From: a virus
Taxonomy: Duplodnaviria; Caudoviricetes
IMG/VR virus record: IMGVR_UViG_3300030099_003489
Coordinates: 1-61,494 of that record
Direction: 5' to 3' (one strand)
Length of the DNA stretch: 61,494 bases
Under the pieces are notes generated by a model. It did not search any database and was not told where the DNA came from. It worked only from the letters and a program-made list of their open reading frames with translations. Of this stretch, positions 41,011 through 51,641 are shown piece by piece (positions within the stretch are counted from its first letter, which is position 1; each line of letters begins with the position of its first letter). The position numbers and the translations under genes are program-made.

Positions 41011-42443
41011 TTAAGACCGAATATACCTTCGGCTACGGGTTTCGGAGATGGAGGGGCTTCATCAAAGATTCCCATGTCATCCAACAAAACAAACTGTTCT
41101 GATGGATTTTGTGTGGCGGCATTAGCAAGTGCTAAACTCATCACCAAATCGTCATGTGCGCCAACTCCCTCAAACTTTCCAGATTGGGTAATTGAGAACA
41201 TGGACAACTCTTCGATTAGTTTGTTCATTACCCTCCTACTAGCCTCATCCCCATAGGGGAACCTCATTTTACCATTCTCGATATTCATCTGGAGATTGAG
41301 AATTATCTCCTGTTTCTTCTTTCTAGTGGTATTGAAATCATGTATGTTCAAATCGGAGATGTTCCTCAGTTCTTGAGTGAATGCCTTAGCGAACGTATTA
41401 GTCTCATAGAATATTGCCTCTGGTTGGAATATCTTACCTATCAGTCTAATCTTATCCAGATTCTCTCTGAACTCAACATTCTTAGCACGGTCAATATGAA
41501 CGATAGTCTTGTTCATCTCGGCATCTACCTCAATGACCGTTATCACGTTATAGTCACCATCGGTTGAGATAGCCGGGTCAACTCCGACATAGTATTTGTA
41601 TCCCTTATCCTTCCTATGTCCTAGTTTTAACACGTAGTCCTTGTTCTTACAAGCCTCTACGAAATCTGGATTGAACAAAGATGTCCCGGTAGAGATGGGA
41701 ACACATAGGTATTCTCTTGTAAACTTGAGAGAACCTATCTCTGCTTTTCTCTGCATGAGTGCATCGTAGTCCCATCTATCAGGCCATAGTGGTTCATTCA
41801 ATGCGTTCAAACATGGGTATCTTCTAACTGTATATGCAGGGTTTTCCTCTAATTGTGCGAAGATGTCGGTATATGTGAATGGCGTTCCTATCATCCTTAG
41901 ATTAGCCGTATGATGTAGAGTGGGTATCATATCCCCGAAGAACCAATCCGTCACTCTTTGAATAGCAACAAGGCTGAACTCCTTCAAAGGGTCGTCAATG
42001 ATAATCTCCTGTGGGTGAAGACCACGAATCTGAGAACCTACCGACCTCTCAAGAACTGCATTACCATTAGTCAGTTGAATGTTACCGATAGCCCATCCAC
42101 GACTAGGTTTAAATTGCTTTAGTGCCGGATGATTGAAGTATCTGTCAATCTCCCTCATGTGAACTAGTGTCTGCTTCTGGTTAGATGAGATGTATAGCAT
42201 CTGATACGGTGGTTCTTGGAATATTAGATTCCACACTACCCAACTGTGCATGAATACTGATTTTCCGTGGTCACGACTACAAACTATAACAGTCCTGTCA
42301 GTGGAACTCATTGTATCCAACCATTCTTCCATGTATTTCGGAAACATCATTCCGAGTACGTTCTGAAAGAAATATGGGAAGGAGGTCTTGGATATCTCCA
42401 TATCCATCTCAGACATGAAATCCATGCCTTCTAACTCAACCAT
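41004..42443 (-). CDS. terL: Terminase large subunit
   Basis: Walker A SRDHGKS, Walker B IIIDD, motif C GTP, RNase H-like YVGVDPA and HDDLVMSLALA. Confidence 0.93.
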   Translation of the reverse strand: MVELEGMDFMSEMDMEISKTSFPYFFQNVLGMMFPKYMEEWLDTMSSTDRTVIVCSRDHGKSVFMHSWVVWNLIFQEPPYQMLYISSNQKQTLVHMREIDRYFNHPALKQFKPSRGWAIGNIQLTNGNAVLERSVGSQIRGLHPQEIIIDDPLKEFSLVAIQRVTDWFFGDMIPTLHHTANLRMIGTPFTYTDIFAQLEENPAYTVRRYPCLNALNEPLWPDRWDYDALMQRKAEIGSLKFTREYLCVPISTGTSLFNPDFVEACKNKDYVLKLGHRKDKGYKYYVGVDPAISTDGDYNVITVIEVDAEMNKTIVHIDRAKNVEFRENLDKIRLIGKIFQPEAIFYETNTFAKAFTQELRNISDLNIHDFNTTRKKKQEIILNLQMNIENGKMRFPYGDEASRRVMNKLIEELSMFSITQSGKFEGVGAHDDLVMSLALANAATQNPSEQFVLLDDMGIFDEAPPSPKPVAEGIFGLNW

Positions 42444-42449
42444 ATAGAT

Positions 42450-45230
42450 TCACCGGAAATTTCCCTTGACATAATAGACAACCTCAGTTGGAACACCGTA
42501 TGCCTTGCTTATGCTTTCATGGGAATCCCTTTCATCTACTATGCCTTCGATTTCAAAAGGAGTAAGATTGACCTTGAATCTCTTCTCGATTTTCTCTATG
42601 GTCGAATTGACATGGTTGAAGTTATCCACCTTTCTGGTATTGTAGTATATCGGTTGGTCTGCCATTTTGCGTATTGCATCATGTGCATCTAATAGTTTCA
42701 AGTCTATCTCTGCCTTAGCGATATTCAAATCACGTATTGCAGACATGAATCTCTTGTGAACTTCGTTATCTGCATCTTTGGAACCTGCATCTTCTGCCGC
42801 GTATTGAATTGATTGTACTTGTGTGATAACTGCTTCCAATGGTAGGAGAATCGTGCCTTTCTCGGTATCGCTCGCTTGCTTGGGATACAAATCATCGAAC
42901 ATTTCCTTCCACTCACTAGTGGGTCTACCATTGAATACTATCTCCTTTCTGATATTATTCAATCTTAGGTTCTCGTCTAGAGAAGCACCCATTTCTATAT
43001 TCGCTTGCCTAGTAACATCGCCAACAGGACCAAACAACTCAACTAGAACGCTCACTACTTCCTCATACTTGTCTACTACGTCATCCAAGTCTTCATCGAG
43101 GTCTTCTTGAGCCAGTTCCTCTAATACTCTAGTTATATCATTCAATGCGTATTCGTCTACTGCTTCGTAGGCAGATTCAAGGTCTAGCATCAACATTAGT
43201 TTCAACGCATCAGCAAATTGCTCTTGAGAGTCATCTCTCTTGTAGGCTAGGAAGGAAGAATATGAAGCACTAGCCCACTTTGGCATATCTCCATCAAAAG
43301 GTAATAGTCTACTACGGTTAGGTGTAATGTAATATGATACCACTACTTTTAGTAAATCTCTAAATGCACTCACGAAATCCTTCAAGTCTTCCTTGACTTC
43401 ATCCGCTTCTGCTTCATCTATCAAATCTCTTGCACGACCTTCTATACCGGGAGCAACGTGATGTCTAACTGGAGTACCACCAACTATTGATTGCTGTGGA
43501 TTGACAAGAGTTGGCTTCCTAGATTTATCTGCTCTCTTACCCCATTGCAAGAAATCCTCTATTGCCTGTAGATACTTAGAGATACTAGCGTCATTATCTG
43601 CATAGTTCATTCTAGGGTTAGCATCCATTACCTCAGTTTTCAGTTTCTCAGTCAGAGGCAAATACAGATTCTCAGATTCATATGAATAGTCCTTGACTAC
43701 CTCATCGTTTATCTTCTTTAGGTGACGTTTCAAATCCTTCATTCCAGAGTCATTCTCAAACTTAGTTAGTCCTCCTACCTTAGCATAATAGTACACTTCA
43801 TTCTTTATTTTGTTCCAATTCTGTAGAAAGACAGCAGATTTCTGAAATAACTTATCGTTCTGATTATAATAGATATAGAAGAACAATGGGTCAGCAACTC
43901 CAGTACCAAATTCCTTTATCTCTTCGTCCAAGTCTTCGGAATCTGGTGCTTCATTACCATAGTCTATCTGCCCAACCTGCCCTACCCTTTGTCCATCCTC
44001 TATCTGTTCGTATCCGGCTAGTTCCTCTCCTTCACGGAAAGAGTCCTGTACCATCCGAGGAGTCAATCCCTCAGACTCTGCAAAGGTAGAGATATCATCA
44101 CTTCTATCTATTTTCATGTACTGTGCAAGTATCTTATGTGCCATTTCTGTGTCATCATCAATTGTCTTGATTTGGAATTTCTTCTTGTATTGTGCAGTAT
44201 CCGTATCAAATTTGTGAATGTACGAGAATTTATTCTGAGTAATTGTAGAATTGTGTTGAGCCTTGTAGTTCTCTATGGCCCTCTTCATCTCAGAATCTAG
44301 AAGACCATTCAATATTGAATCTGGAATTGAATCAGCCAAAGCGTAGAAACGTTCTGCTTTCTGTACCAAATCAGATTCAAGATTCTTCTTGGTGTTCCAA
44401 TAAGTGTAGATTCTATCTCTACGAGCATATTTCTTCAAATCCAATTTAGCGATGTACTCATCCACTTCCAATACGGTCATTCTTGATTTGCCCTTAGCCG
44501 ATAGCGCAGTTAATCTAGCCACTAATGGAGACAATTGTGTCCTACTTCCATAGGTATCCATGTACTCTTCGATTTCCTTTTTCATCTCTAAGTACTGTTC
44601 ATCGGTTTTTAGTCTAGCAGGGTCTATCTCACTAGCCTTGATGTTCATGGGTATTTTTTCTGGTGTCTTTACCTCTTTTCCTCTAAACAAAAACTCCGAG
44701 AGAATCGGTCTTAATGAATCAGTAGCAAGACCTCCTTCCATAGTTACTTCTTCATCTGAAACACGACCAAATCTATCAAAACCCGGCAATGTCTTGATTT
44801 TCTTAATCAGTCTGTTAAAGAGAACCTGCTTTGCATTTTGTGGGGTTCTGGTATCTCTAGAGGTAAACAATACAAACTTGTTCTCTAGCCAATTTCTAAT
44901 TGATTCAGGGTTGATTTTCTTAACAGAACCGTGAGATGAACTAGTAAATTGGTAGATATCCTCTTTACCAGCACGATAGAATAGAAAATCAGGGCTATTT
45001 ACTTCTGGTCTAGTTTCTGTAGTAGACATCTCAATTATCATTTCTATAATATCATCTTGTAGTTGTGAATTAGTAGCAACTCCTGTCAAATACTCTTCTT
45101 GTAATCTATCACTAGTTACTTCCCTTTCAGCGTCACTTATGTCTCCGTAATCATAGTCGTACTCATAGTAGTCGTCAACTCCCTCGGACCCTTCTTTGAT
45201 GAAAGCCTCATTCAGTTTCGCTGTTGTCAT
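42450..45230 (-). CDS. Large acidic hypothetical protein (926 aa), possible internal virion protein
   Basis: Long ORF; C-terminal HTH-like HESISKAYGVPTEVVYYVK. Confidence 0.7.
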   Translation of the reverse strand: MTTAKLNEAFIKEGSEGVDDYYEYDYDYGDISDAEREVTSDRLQEEYLTGVATNSQLQDDIIEMIIEMSTTETRPEVNSPDFLFYRAGKEDIYQFTSSSHGSVKKINPESIRNWLENKFVLFTSRDTRTPQNAKQVLFNRLIKKIKTLPGFDRFGRVSDEEVTMEGGLATDSLRPILSEFLFRGKEVKTPEKIPMNIKASEIDPARLKTDEQYLEMKKEIEEYMDTYGSRTQLSPLVARLTALSAKGKSRMTVLEVDEYIAKLDLKKYARRDRIYTYWNTKKNLESDLVQKAERFYALADSIPDSILNGLLDSEMKRAIENYKAQHNSTITQNKFSYIHKFDTDTAQYKKKFQIKTIDDDTEMAHKILAQYMKIDRSDDISTFAESEGLTPRMVQDSFREGEELAGYEQIEDGQRVGQVGQIDYGNEAPDSEDLDEEIKEFGTGVADPLFFYIYYNQNDKLFQKSAVFLQNWNKIKNEVYYYAKVGGLTKFENDSGMKDLKRHLKKINDEVVKDYSYESENLYLPLTEKLKTEVMDANPRMNYADNDASISKYLQAIEDFLQWGKRADKSRKPTLVNPQQSIVGGTPVRHHVAPGIEGRARDLIDEAEADEVKEDLKDFVSAFRDLLKVVVSYYITPNRSRLLPFDGDMPKWASASYSSFLAYKRDDSQEQFADALKLMLMLDLESAYEAVDEYALNDITRVLEELAQEDLDEDLDDVVDKYEEVVSVLVELFGPVGDVTRQANIEMGASLDENLRLNNIRKEIVFNGRPTSEWKEMFDDLYPKQASDTEKGTILLPLEAVITQVQSIQYAAEDAGSKDADNEVHKRFMSAIRDLNIAKAEIDLKLLDAHDAIRKMADQPIYYNTRKVDNFNHVNSTIEKIEKRFKVNLTPFEIEGIVDERDSHESISKAYGVPTEVVYYVKGNFR

Positions 45231-46989
45231 TCAGTATTCCTCCTTCATCTTCTAACCATTTCTTAGTAGGTGTACCAACAGTCTTAGATTCCTCTACCAT
45301 AACTTCTTTAATAGCGTTTATGAAAGACTTACGAATTCTATCATAGTTTTCTTTTACTCCCTTTAGTAAAGTATCAATGCCATCACTAAATGTAGGTTGT
45401 CTTCTCATGTTAGACATAACCATGTTCAGAGAATTAGTACCAGTATAGGCATACTCTATTTCACGTAATAGTTCTATTACATCTTCGACTCTCAATCTGT
45501 TAATATCGTATTGCTCATCTTTTAGAAGATGAAACAGGGTTTTTAGTTTCAATGATGCAACAGTTGACCTTTCATCACCATACTTCATTGAAAGCAAATC
45601 TTTCATCTTACCCGCCCTGAAAAATAAATCCTGTAGTATCTCCGTGCTATCTGGTGTTGCTCTCCTTGTGCCATCATTCAATTCCTTCATGTTAGAGAAT
45701 GCCGCCCTTCTTGTCTCATCCTTGAAGAAATTTCTAACATCCTTCGTGCTAGTTAGATTTCCAATTGGCAAGGCACTACGAATGTCTGCATCTGCTTGTC
45801 TTCTTTCATCTCTCCTATTGGGGTCATAATGTATGGTTTGCCAATCATTCAGCGAGTTCCACTTGTCACTAGATACCTTAGATTTTCCAGTTACATCAAA
45901 GGACTTTATCCAATTATTCCAATTTTGCTTGAGTTTTCCGGGATTACCATCTTTATCTTCATCGTTCTCTATTTCCTCAAAGAACTTACTTAGGTTTCTT
46001 GTTCTACCTACGGTTGGTATAGCCTTTGAACCAGTTTTTCTATAACCCGACTGTACCTCTACAAGTTCGTTGAATTTTTCTTGTACATTAGCAGGAACTT
46101 CAGCAGAAGTAGTACCACTCATTGCCCTTTTCTTTCTTCGCTCCTCATCACCTAATACACCGATTTCCTTAGTTGCTTCTTTTCCCGCATCGGTTATCTT
46201 TCTGAATGCTAAGTCCCGTATTGCCATTGCTTGTTGCGTTGTTCCCTTTACCTCGATATTGAAATCATCACTATCTAAATCGAAGTCCTCCTTATCTAGA
46301 ATGTAGTTTAACGCAGGTGGCATTCTGATTGTAGATTTCTGCGTAATAGACTTCAACGGCTGATTCTCAAAGGTCTTAGGGAACAGTTCTCTTCTTTGCT
46401 TTCCAGAAAACTGCTTATCTAGAATAGTAAATTTGAAGAATTTTATGGCTTTTTCTGCTGTGATTCTATCTGGACTAGTCTGAGGCTCCATCTCTGATGG
46501 AGGTTTGAAATCTAAAACTTGTCCTACTACACTAGAATGTAATGAAGGGTTATCCCTAACGTAAGCATATATTTTTTCTTTCAAGTTTAACTGTCTAATC
46601 ATATTCTTGAATTTTCTCCTATTCTCAAAGGTCTGCGCTCTCTGAGTATTCTTACCAGCAACTAGGTCTTCTAACGGTTGGTGTTCTCCTTCTAGATACC
46701 GATTGATGAATTGAGCAACTCTATCTCTGTTGATATCTCTTTGACGATATCTTCCTTCATCTTCCAATTCCGTCAATACCTGTTTCGCTCTAGCGATGAT
46801 TGGTGAGTACATTTGCTCATCAAGCCCAGTTGAAGGCCAATCAAACTCCACAATTTTCTTCATTGCGGTTTTTACTGGTCGTGCTTTTCTTTGATTGTTC
46901 TTAACATCCTGAATTAGTTTGTCCTTTATTTCATCCGTAGCAACATCTGTTGTGTTTGGATAACTTGCTTTCAAGATTTCATGCCACAT
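45208..46989 (-). CDS. W-tag large protein (MWHEILKA)
   Basis: 593-aa ORF with GGTGA RBS. Confidence 0.7.
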   Translation of the reverse strand: MWHEILKASYPNTTDVATDEIKDKLIQDVKNNQRKARPVKTAMKKIVEFDWPSTGLDEQMYSPIIARAKQVLTELEDEGRYRQRDINRDRVAQFINRYLEGEHQPLEDLVAGKNTQRAQTFENRRKFKNMIRQLNLKEKIYAYVRDNPSLHSSVVGQVLDFKPPSEMEPQTSPDRITAEKAIKFFKFTILDKQFSGKQRRELFPKTFENQPLKSITQKSTIRMPPALNYILDKEDFDLDSDDFNIEVKGTTQQAMAIRDLAFRKITDAGKEATKEIGVLGDEERRKKRAMSGTTSAEVPANVQEKFNELVEVQSGYRKTGSKAIPTVGRTRNLSKFFEEIENDEDKDGNPGKLKQNWNNWIKSFDVTGKSKVSSDKWNSLNDWQTIHYDPNRRDERRQADADIRSALPIGNLTSTKDVRNFFKDETRRAAFSNMKELNDGTRRATPDSTEILQDLFFRAGKMKDLLSMKYGDERSTVASLKLKTLFHLLKDEQYDINRLRVEDVIELLREIEYAYTGTNSLNMVMSNMRRQPTFSDGIDTLLKGVKENYDRIRKSFINAIKEVMVEESKTVGTPTKKWLEDEGGILNDNSETE

Positions 46990-46993
46990 ACTA

Positions 46994-47155
46994 TCACCCT
47001 ATCACTTGTCTGAAACCACATTCAGAACATTCATACTTTGCCCTTCCTGTTTTTTTCGCTCTGTTAGAATAACTTCCCGGTTTCATACTAAAAGTTCCTT
47101 TGGCCCCACACTTAGGACAATTCAATCCTTTTCTTACTCCCTCAAACCAACTCAT
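46994..47155 (-). CDS. W-tag Zn-ribbon micro-protein, 53 aa (not in ORF track)
   Basis: MSWFEGVRKGLNCPKCG...YECSECGFRQVIG; ATGA overlap. Confidence 0.75.
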   Translation of the reverse strand: MSWFEGVRKGLNCPKCGAKGTFSMKPGSYSNRAKKTGRAKYECSECGFRQVIG

Positions 47156-47415
47156 TCTCTCTTCTCCTCTAATTGAGGATGAAACTTCAAAGTCACCTTC
47201 TTAGCATCCTTCTTGATAGATTTACCATCAACTAGAACCTCAACTGGATATGGCTTATGCTTGTCATACCAATATGCAACTTCATAACCTCCATTTTTCA
47301 AAAGTTCAACAAGTAGTCCTCTATCATATTCTTTATCTTCTGCTTGTAGGACTTTCTGAGTTCCTCTTGGTAGAGTTAAATCAGATTTTTTCTTAATGAT
47401 AGATTCCCAACTCAT
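47152..47415 (-). CDS. W-tag protein (MSWESIIKK)
   Basis: 87-aa coupled ORF. Confidence 0.7.
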   Translation of the reverse strand: MSWESIIKKKSDLTLPRGTQKVLQAEDKEYDRGLLVELLKNGGYEVAYWYDKHKPYPVEVLVDGKSIKKDAKKVTLKFHPQLEEKRE

Positions 47416-47897
47416 TGCATCTTCTCCTTCATTTTCTCAGCGTGTTGTATTCTCTCTTCGTTTGAATAGAACTGTGCAGTAGTTTCCATTAATTGATTAA
47501 ATTGTTCAGGTGAAGCGTAGTTAACCCCATCACTCGTAAAGTCATCATAACCGACAAACTCTAGTTCTCCAATCAATTCATCTATTGCTTCCTTAACTTC
47601 TTTATCCGAAATCAAAGTATAGTCTAACTTACCCATACCCGCCATTGTTTTTTCAGGGTCATCTTTCAAGTCAATGTCTTCTTCGGTTTCTTTTGCTTGC
47701 TTTATTGTAGGTTTTCCTATATCTTTCATAGGTCTTTTTGTATTGGCCTCCGAACCGTAGACAGCATAAACTACGGCTTGATTAAAGTAAGGTGTCCAGT
47801 AGCCCGTATCTTCTTCTGATTGGCTTCCTTGATATAAAAAGGGAGTTTCTGTTCCACCAACGGAATATGGCTTCTTCAATATGGTTTGCCAACTCAT
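47412..47897 (-). CDS. W-tag protein (start reassigned to MSWQTILKK)
   Basis: ATGA overlap with upstream stop at 47894. Confidence 0.7.
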   Translation of the reverse strand: MSWQTILKKPYSVGGTETPFLYQGSQSEEDTGYWTPYFNQAVVYAVYGSEANTKRPMKDIGKPTIKQAKETEEDIDLKDDPEKTMAGMGKLDYTLISDKEVKEAIDELIGELEFVGYDDFTSDGVNYASPEQFNQLMETTAQFYSNEERIQHAEKMKEKMQ

Positions 47898-48577
47898 TGC
47901 ATCTTTTCCTCCATTTGCTTTCTGATATCTAGCCAAACATCCGGATGGTTTTGTGCTAGAACCTCCTTGATAACTTGCATCTGATGCACGACAATTGTGT
48001 CTTGTCTCTTATGCACCAGTTTACCCTTGAACTCCATTAGATATTTCAAACTCTCTCTAACCTCTTTCGCTAGTTTGGTAAGTGAGTCTATTGCCTTTGG
48101 ACTCATATCATCATCATTCATTAGAACGTCCAACTTGGAATTCAAGTGACCTATGTTGTGACTTAGGGTATCTATCTCATTGACTTCCCTAGTTGCAATC
48201 AAGTTCGCCGCAGATTGTTGTACTAGGGGTTGAAGATGCTTCTTCGTATGACGTAGAACCTGTTGCTCGGAACAACCCAACATCTCAGAAACCTCAGTTG
48301 CGGAAATCTCACCTTCGTACAATGACTTCTCTAGTTGCAATCTGTTAGGATGCGTACATAGAACACACCTAGTGTTTGAGGAATCAACATAGTGTCCCAT
48401 GTGGTTTCTCTGGTGTTTGGCAGAAGTTCCACTAGGCCAACCCATCTGCCTGTCTAATTCCTCACAAGAGATGTTCATATCCTCGATGTCCTTCTCAAAT
48501 ATCTCCCTGTCCTCATGTGTGCAAAGTCTGCATCTCTTTCTGATAATCATGACGAAGCCTCCAGTATCTTCTTCCAT
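47894..48577 (-). CDS. Tandem Zn-finger/HTH protein, terminase small subunit candidate
   Basis: Two repeats of RCxLCTH...HTH...HxxxH followed by coiled coil; lies upstream of terL; true start is probably MIIRK. Confidence 0.5.
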   Translation of the reverse strand: MEEDTGGFVMIIRKRCRLCTHEDREIFEKDIEDMNISCEELDRQMGWPSGTSAKHQRNHMGHYVDSSNTRCVLCTHPNRLQLEKSLYEGEISATEVSEMLGCSEQQVLRHTKKHLQPLVQQSAANLIATREVNEIDTLSHNIGHLNSKLDVLMNDDDMSPKAIDSLTKLAKEVRESLKYLMEFKGKLVHKRQDTIVVHQMQVIKEVLAQNHPDVWLDIRKQMEEKMQ

Positions 48578-49311
48578 TGTTCTCCCATTCTCTTTTGTTC
48601 AGGGTCTGTAGTAGAAGATTGTAGGACATCAACCCATTCTGCAATCTTTGCTTTGTTATTGATAGGTTTACCCTCCATCATATTCTGTTGGGCTTCTGTT
48701 AGCATCATGTTTACTTTTGCCGCTATTACCGCTTGTGCTTCTGGATACGCAGAACTTGATGGTGGTTTGTAATTAACCGCGCTTTGAATTACTGGTTGTA
48801 TTGCTTCTCCTGCTACGTCCTTTACCTTTTTTGCTCCCGACACTACTTTGTCTTTAGCACCCTGTATTTTTTGTTGTAGGTTAGTGACTTCTCCATATCC
48901 TTCTCTATCACGTAATCTTGGGTTGCTAATGTCCGGCTTTCCTTCTAATCTTCTTCGTTTGAGGTCTGGACTATCTCCAGTATCGTATTTGTCATACTCA
49001 TCTAGTATTTCTTGGTCTGTTCTCTTTTTCTTCTTGCCTGATGTTTCCTTTGTGTTACCTTCATCTCTCTCTATTATAGGACCGAAAGTACTTGATAGAT
49101 TACCCAATGATGCTTCTCTTCGTTTAGTTCGCTTTTCAGCAAATTCCGCATTTTCCTCATTTTCCTCTGCTAACCTTCTTTCAGCCTCAGACACCCCATC
49201 GTCTACCTGCTGTTCTACATCCCTACGTATATTCTCATCAAGAAGGTCATCCTCATCCTCATTCTTGAGAACTCTAACCCAAGAGCCATCATCCCAAGAA
49301 GAAAAAGACAT
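48547..49311 (-). CDS. Charged hypothetical protein (SWVRVLK near N-terminus, WKKIL at C-terminus)
   Basis: 254-aa ORF. Confidence 0.65.
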   Translation of the reverse strand: MSFSSWDDGSWVRVLKNEDEDDLLDENIRRDVEQQVDDGVSEAERRLAEENEENAEFAEKRTKRREASLGNLSSTFGPIIERDEGNTKETSGKKKKRTDQEILDEYDKYDTGDSPDLKRRRLEGKPDISNPRLRDREGYGEVTNLQQKIQGAKDKVVSGAKKVKDVAGEAIQPVIQSAVNYKPPSSSAYPEAQAVIAAKVNMMLTEAQQNMMEGKPINNKAKIAEWVDVLQSSTTDPEQKRMGEQWKKILEASS

Positions 49312-49315
49312 GCCT

Positions 49316-49492
49316 CTATCCCTCCTGAAACCTTCTGCATTGTCCTCTATTGTCTACTGTAACTTCAGGTAATGTGCAATTTCTGTTTTCATTCTGTATG
49401 CAAGACGTAGCCTCACACAATGATATCTTGCATTCTGCCTCTCCTACTGGAAACATAGGCCCGACTTTTCTAATCCTATCTTCCCAAGTCAT
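49316..49492 (-). CDS. W-tag protein with DUF1540-like Cys motif
   Basis: MTWEDRIRK...CEATSCIQNENRNC...V.V....CRRF. Confidence 0.65.
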   Translation of the reverse strand: MTWEDRIRKVGPMFPVGEAECKISLCEATSCIQNENRNCTLPEVTVDNRGQCRRFQEG

Positions 49493-49496
49493 TTTA

Positions 49497-49853
49497 TCAC
49501 CTAAACTCAAAATATACTATTGGCGTTTCATCTGATTTATCCTTATAGACACTATCGGGTATAAAATTACCAAAAGCAAATGCTTTTCCAGATACATCTG
49601 TCTGAATTTCATCGTCAAACACAGTACCATCGTCAAAAATAATCCTTGCTACTCCTACACCCATTTCTCTAATGTGATTTTCTCTAGGGACTACTTGAAA
49701 ACTCCAATTAATCATACATTGTCCATCTCTTTCAGTTCCATCTTTTTCTTCCCATCTTAAAATTTCTACTCTACTTTCAAAACCCTCTATAGTGACTACT
49801 CCACCGTTTTGCTTTACCTCTAGACTTTTTCTAACTATATCTTCCCAAGTCAT
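49497..49853 (-). CDS. W-tag protein (MTWEDIVRKS)
   Basis: 118-aa ORF flanked by 29-bp direct repeats. Confidence 0.7.
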   Translation of the reverse strand: MTWEDIVRKSLEVKQNGGVVTIEGFESRVEILRWEEKDGTERDGQCMINWSFQVVPRENHIREMGVGVARIIFDDGTVFDDEIQTDVSGKAFAFGNFIPDSVYKDKSDETPIVYFEFR

Positions 49854-49857
49854 TTAA

Positions 49858-50112
49858 TCACCTAAATAATTCTGCAAGAATTTCAAGATTGTCAATCATC
49901 TCTCTATCAGCAATTTTTACCAATCTTTTTTCATCATCTTCTATGCGTTCCAATACTGATTCAGTAAGTAATTCATGCCCCTCAACTACTGCCGGGGAAA
50001 AACCTTCTTCAATAGCCATCTTTATTTCTCTTACAATTTCAGCCGCCAACATTAACTTGTTGAAGCCTTCATTACTTCCAAAAGAATCCTTGAGTAAATT
50101 TTCCCAACTCAT
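49858..50112 (-). CDS. W-tag protein (MSWENLLKD)
   Basis: 84-aa coupled ORF. Confidence 0.7.
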   Translation of the reverse strand: MSWENLLKDSFGSNEGFNKLMLAAEIVREIKMAIEEGFSPAVVEGHELLTESVLERIEDDEKRLVKIADREMIDNLEILAELFR

Positions 50113-50915
50113 CAGAAATCCCCTAATCCTGTTTGCTTCTTACCACGCATCTGTCTTTCTCTTTCTGCAATCTCTCTTCTAGTCCTGTGATACTCAGCAT
50201 TCTCTGGTGTAGAAGCCTCAGTAGTTGCATCTCTTGATGGTTTTAACATACTTCTTTTTGCATTTTTTTCTCTTGCTTCTCTCTCCAGCGTTTCAGAATC
50301 TTTTAGTTGTCTCACACCGTTCACTATCATGTATGGGTCAAGTCCATGTCTACTAGCAAAAGCGGCATTTTCATTCCTACTCATTAGTTTCTCCCTGAGT
50401 TCTCTCTCTTTTGGGTCTGTCATAGTTCTCTTAGTTGCCTCTGGGTCTTGACCTGTAGAACGAGTCGTACGCATTCTCTTCATTCGGTCATCTTCCTTTT
50501 GCAATACTGCTTTCCACATATTCTCTATCATGTTATTTCCTGCCTTCTCATTATCTCTTTCCAACTGTATGTCATCCAGATACGCCTCAAGGTTATCCCA
50601 ATCGGAGTCGAATTCCTCCTTGAACCATTCTGCGAATGAGTGTTCTGATAAGTCGTCTTCTATTCTATCGTTCGTGTAATGCTTCATATCCAGAGTTCTA
50701 CGAAAGACATCATACTTGTCTTGCCACATTTCTGGTTCTTGAAGCATTATGTCGAAGAACTTAGCCTGTTCCTTCTTGCTCCAATTATGAACGTCAAATA
50801 AAATCTGTATGAACTTGGCAGTATCCTTATCGAGTGTTGACTTCCACCCATTCTTCTGCCTCTCTTTGCTACCCTTGAATGGAAAAGAGTTAGTTGCATC
50901 AGCCTTTTTCATCAT
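50112..50915 (-). CDS. Hypothetical protein with internal MWKAVLQK
   Basis: 267-aa ORF. Confidence 0.65.
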   Translation of the reverse strand: MMKKADATNSFPFKGSKERQKNGWKSTLDKDTAKFIQILFDVHNWSKKEQAKFFDIMLQEPEMWQDKYDVFRRTLDMKHYTNDRIEDDLSEHSFAEWFKEEFDSDWDNLEAYLDDIQLERDNEKAGNNMIENMWKAVLQKEDDRMKRMRTTRSTGQDPEATKRTMTDPKERELREKLMSRNENAAFASRHGLDPYMIVNGVRQLKDSETLEREAREKNAKRSMLKPSRDATTEASTPENAEYHRTRREIAERERQMRGKKQTGLGDF

Positions 50916-50917
50916 AA

Positions 50918-51139
50918 TTACCTATCCAAATCATCTAAAAAATCTAAATTAATATGGCCGTAGCCTACTTTCTTCAACGCATTACGAATGAAAGATTTTT
51001 TATTTTTAATTGAACCCTTGCTTGAAGCGAATTCATGCAATAGTTTAGCGTAGTGTCTTGCTTTACCTAAACTATCTTGCATTCCTAATTTATCCCATTG
51101 AGGATATTTTTTTGATTTGACTATTTCCTGCCAACTCAT
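50918..51139 (-). CDS. W-tag protein (MSWQEIVKS)
   Basis: 73-aa coupled ORF. Confidence 0.7.
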   Translation of the reverse strand: MSWQEIVKSKKYPQWDKLGMQDSLGKARHYAKLLHEFASSKGSIKNKKSFIRNALKKVGYGHINLDFLDDLDR

Positions 51140-51462
51140 TCTTCATCACTTAGTTTATCTTTCCTCGGTTTAATAGTATAATTACCTATGAATTTTTCAT
51201 CAGCCCGCTTACCACGTGCATCACCATATTTGGCTTCATTCTCTAACTCATCGTCTATTTTATCCAATGCCCTTCGGATATTTTCCATAAGATAGTCTGT
51301 GTTCACTGGCAGGTCATCTAAATCAGCCAATTTCTTTTCTAATTCGTTAAAATGATAGTATACTTCTTTTAAGCGCGTAGGTGTCAACATTGTAGCATAT
51401 CTACTCATCTCCGATGGCGGTCCCTGATATTTTGCTTTCTTTATTTCTTTTTTCCAACTCAT
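51136..51462 (-). CDS. W-tag protein (MSWKKEIKK)
   Basis: 108-aa coupled ORF. Confidence 0.7.
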   Translation of the reverse strand: MSWKKEIKKAKYQGPPSEMSRYATMLTPTRLKEVYYHFNELEKKLADLDDLPVNTDYLMENIRRALDKIDDELENEAKYGDARGKRADEKFIGNYTIKPRKDKLSDEE

Positions 51463-51641
51463 TCTTTCATCGCCTCAATTTTAGCCTTCAATTTTTCAAG
51501 TTTATCTAGCGTTTTTTGATGTATTGAGTTAGGAACTTTCCCGTATGCGTTAACAGGAATTTTGTATCCATCTACCGTTATATGTCTAACGACCTTCTCA
51601 GGGTCAGGCTCTTGTTTGTTCAGTTTTTCTTTCCAACTCAT
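51459..51641 (-). CDS. W-tag protein (MSWKEKLNK)
   Basis: 60-aa coupled ORF. Confidence 0.65.
   Translation of the reverse strand: MSWKEKLNKQEPDPEKVVRHITVDGYKIPVNAYGKVPNSIHQKTLDKLEKLKAKIEAMKE

Noticed and set aside
39643-42443. Intein or group I intron in terL or portal
   Set aside because: terL and portal are intact separate ORFs; the LAGLIDADG ORF has its own start and stop and lacks C...HN splice motifs.
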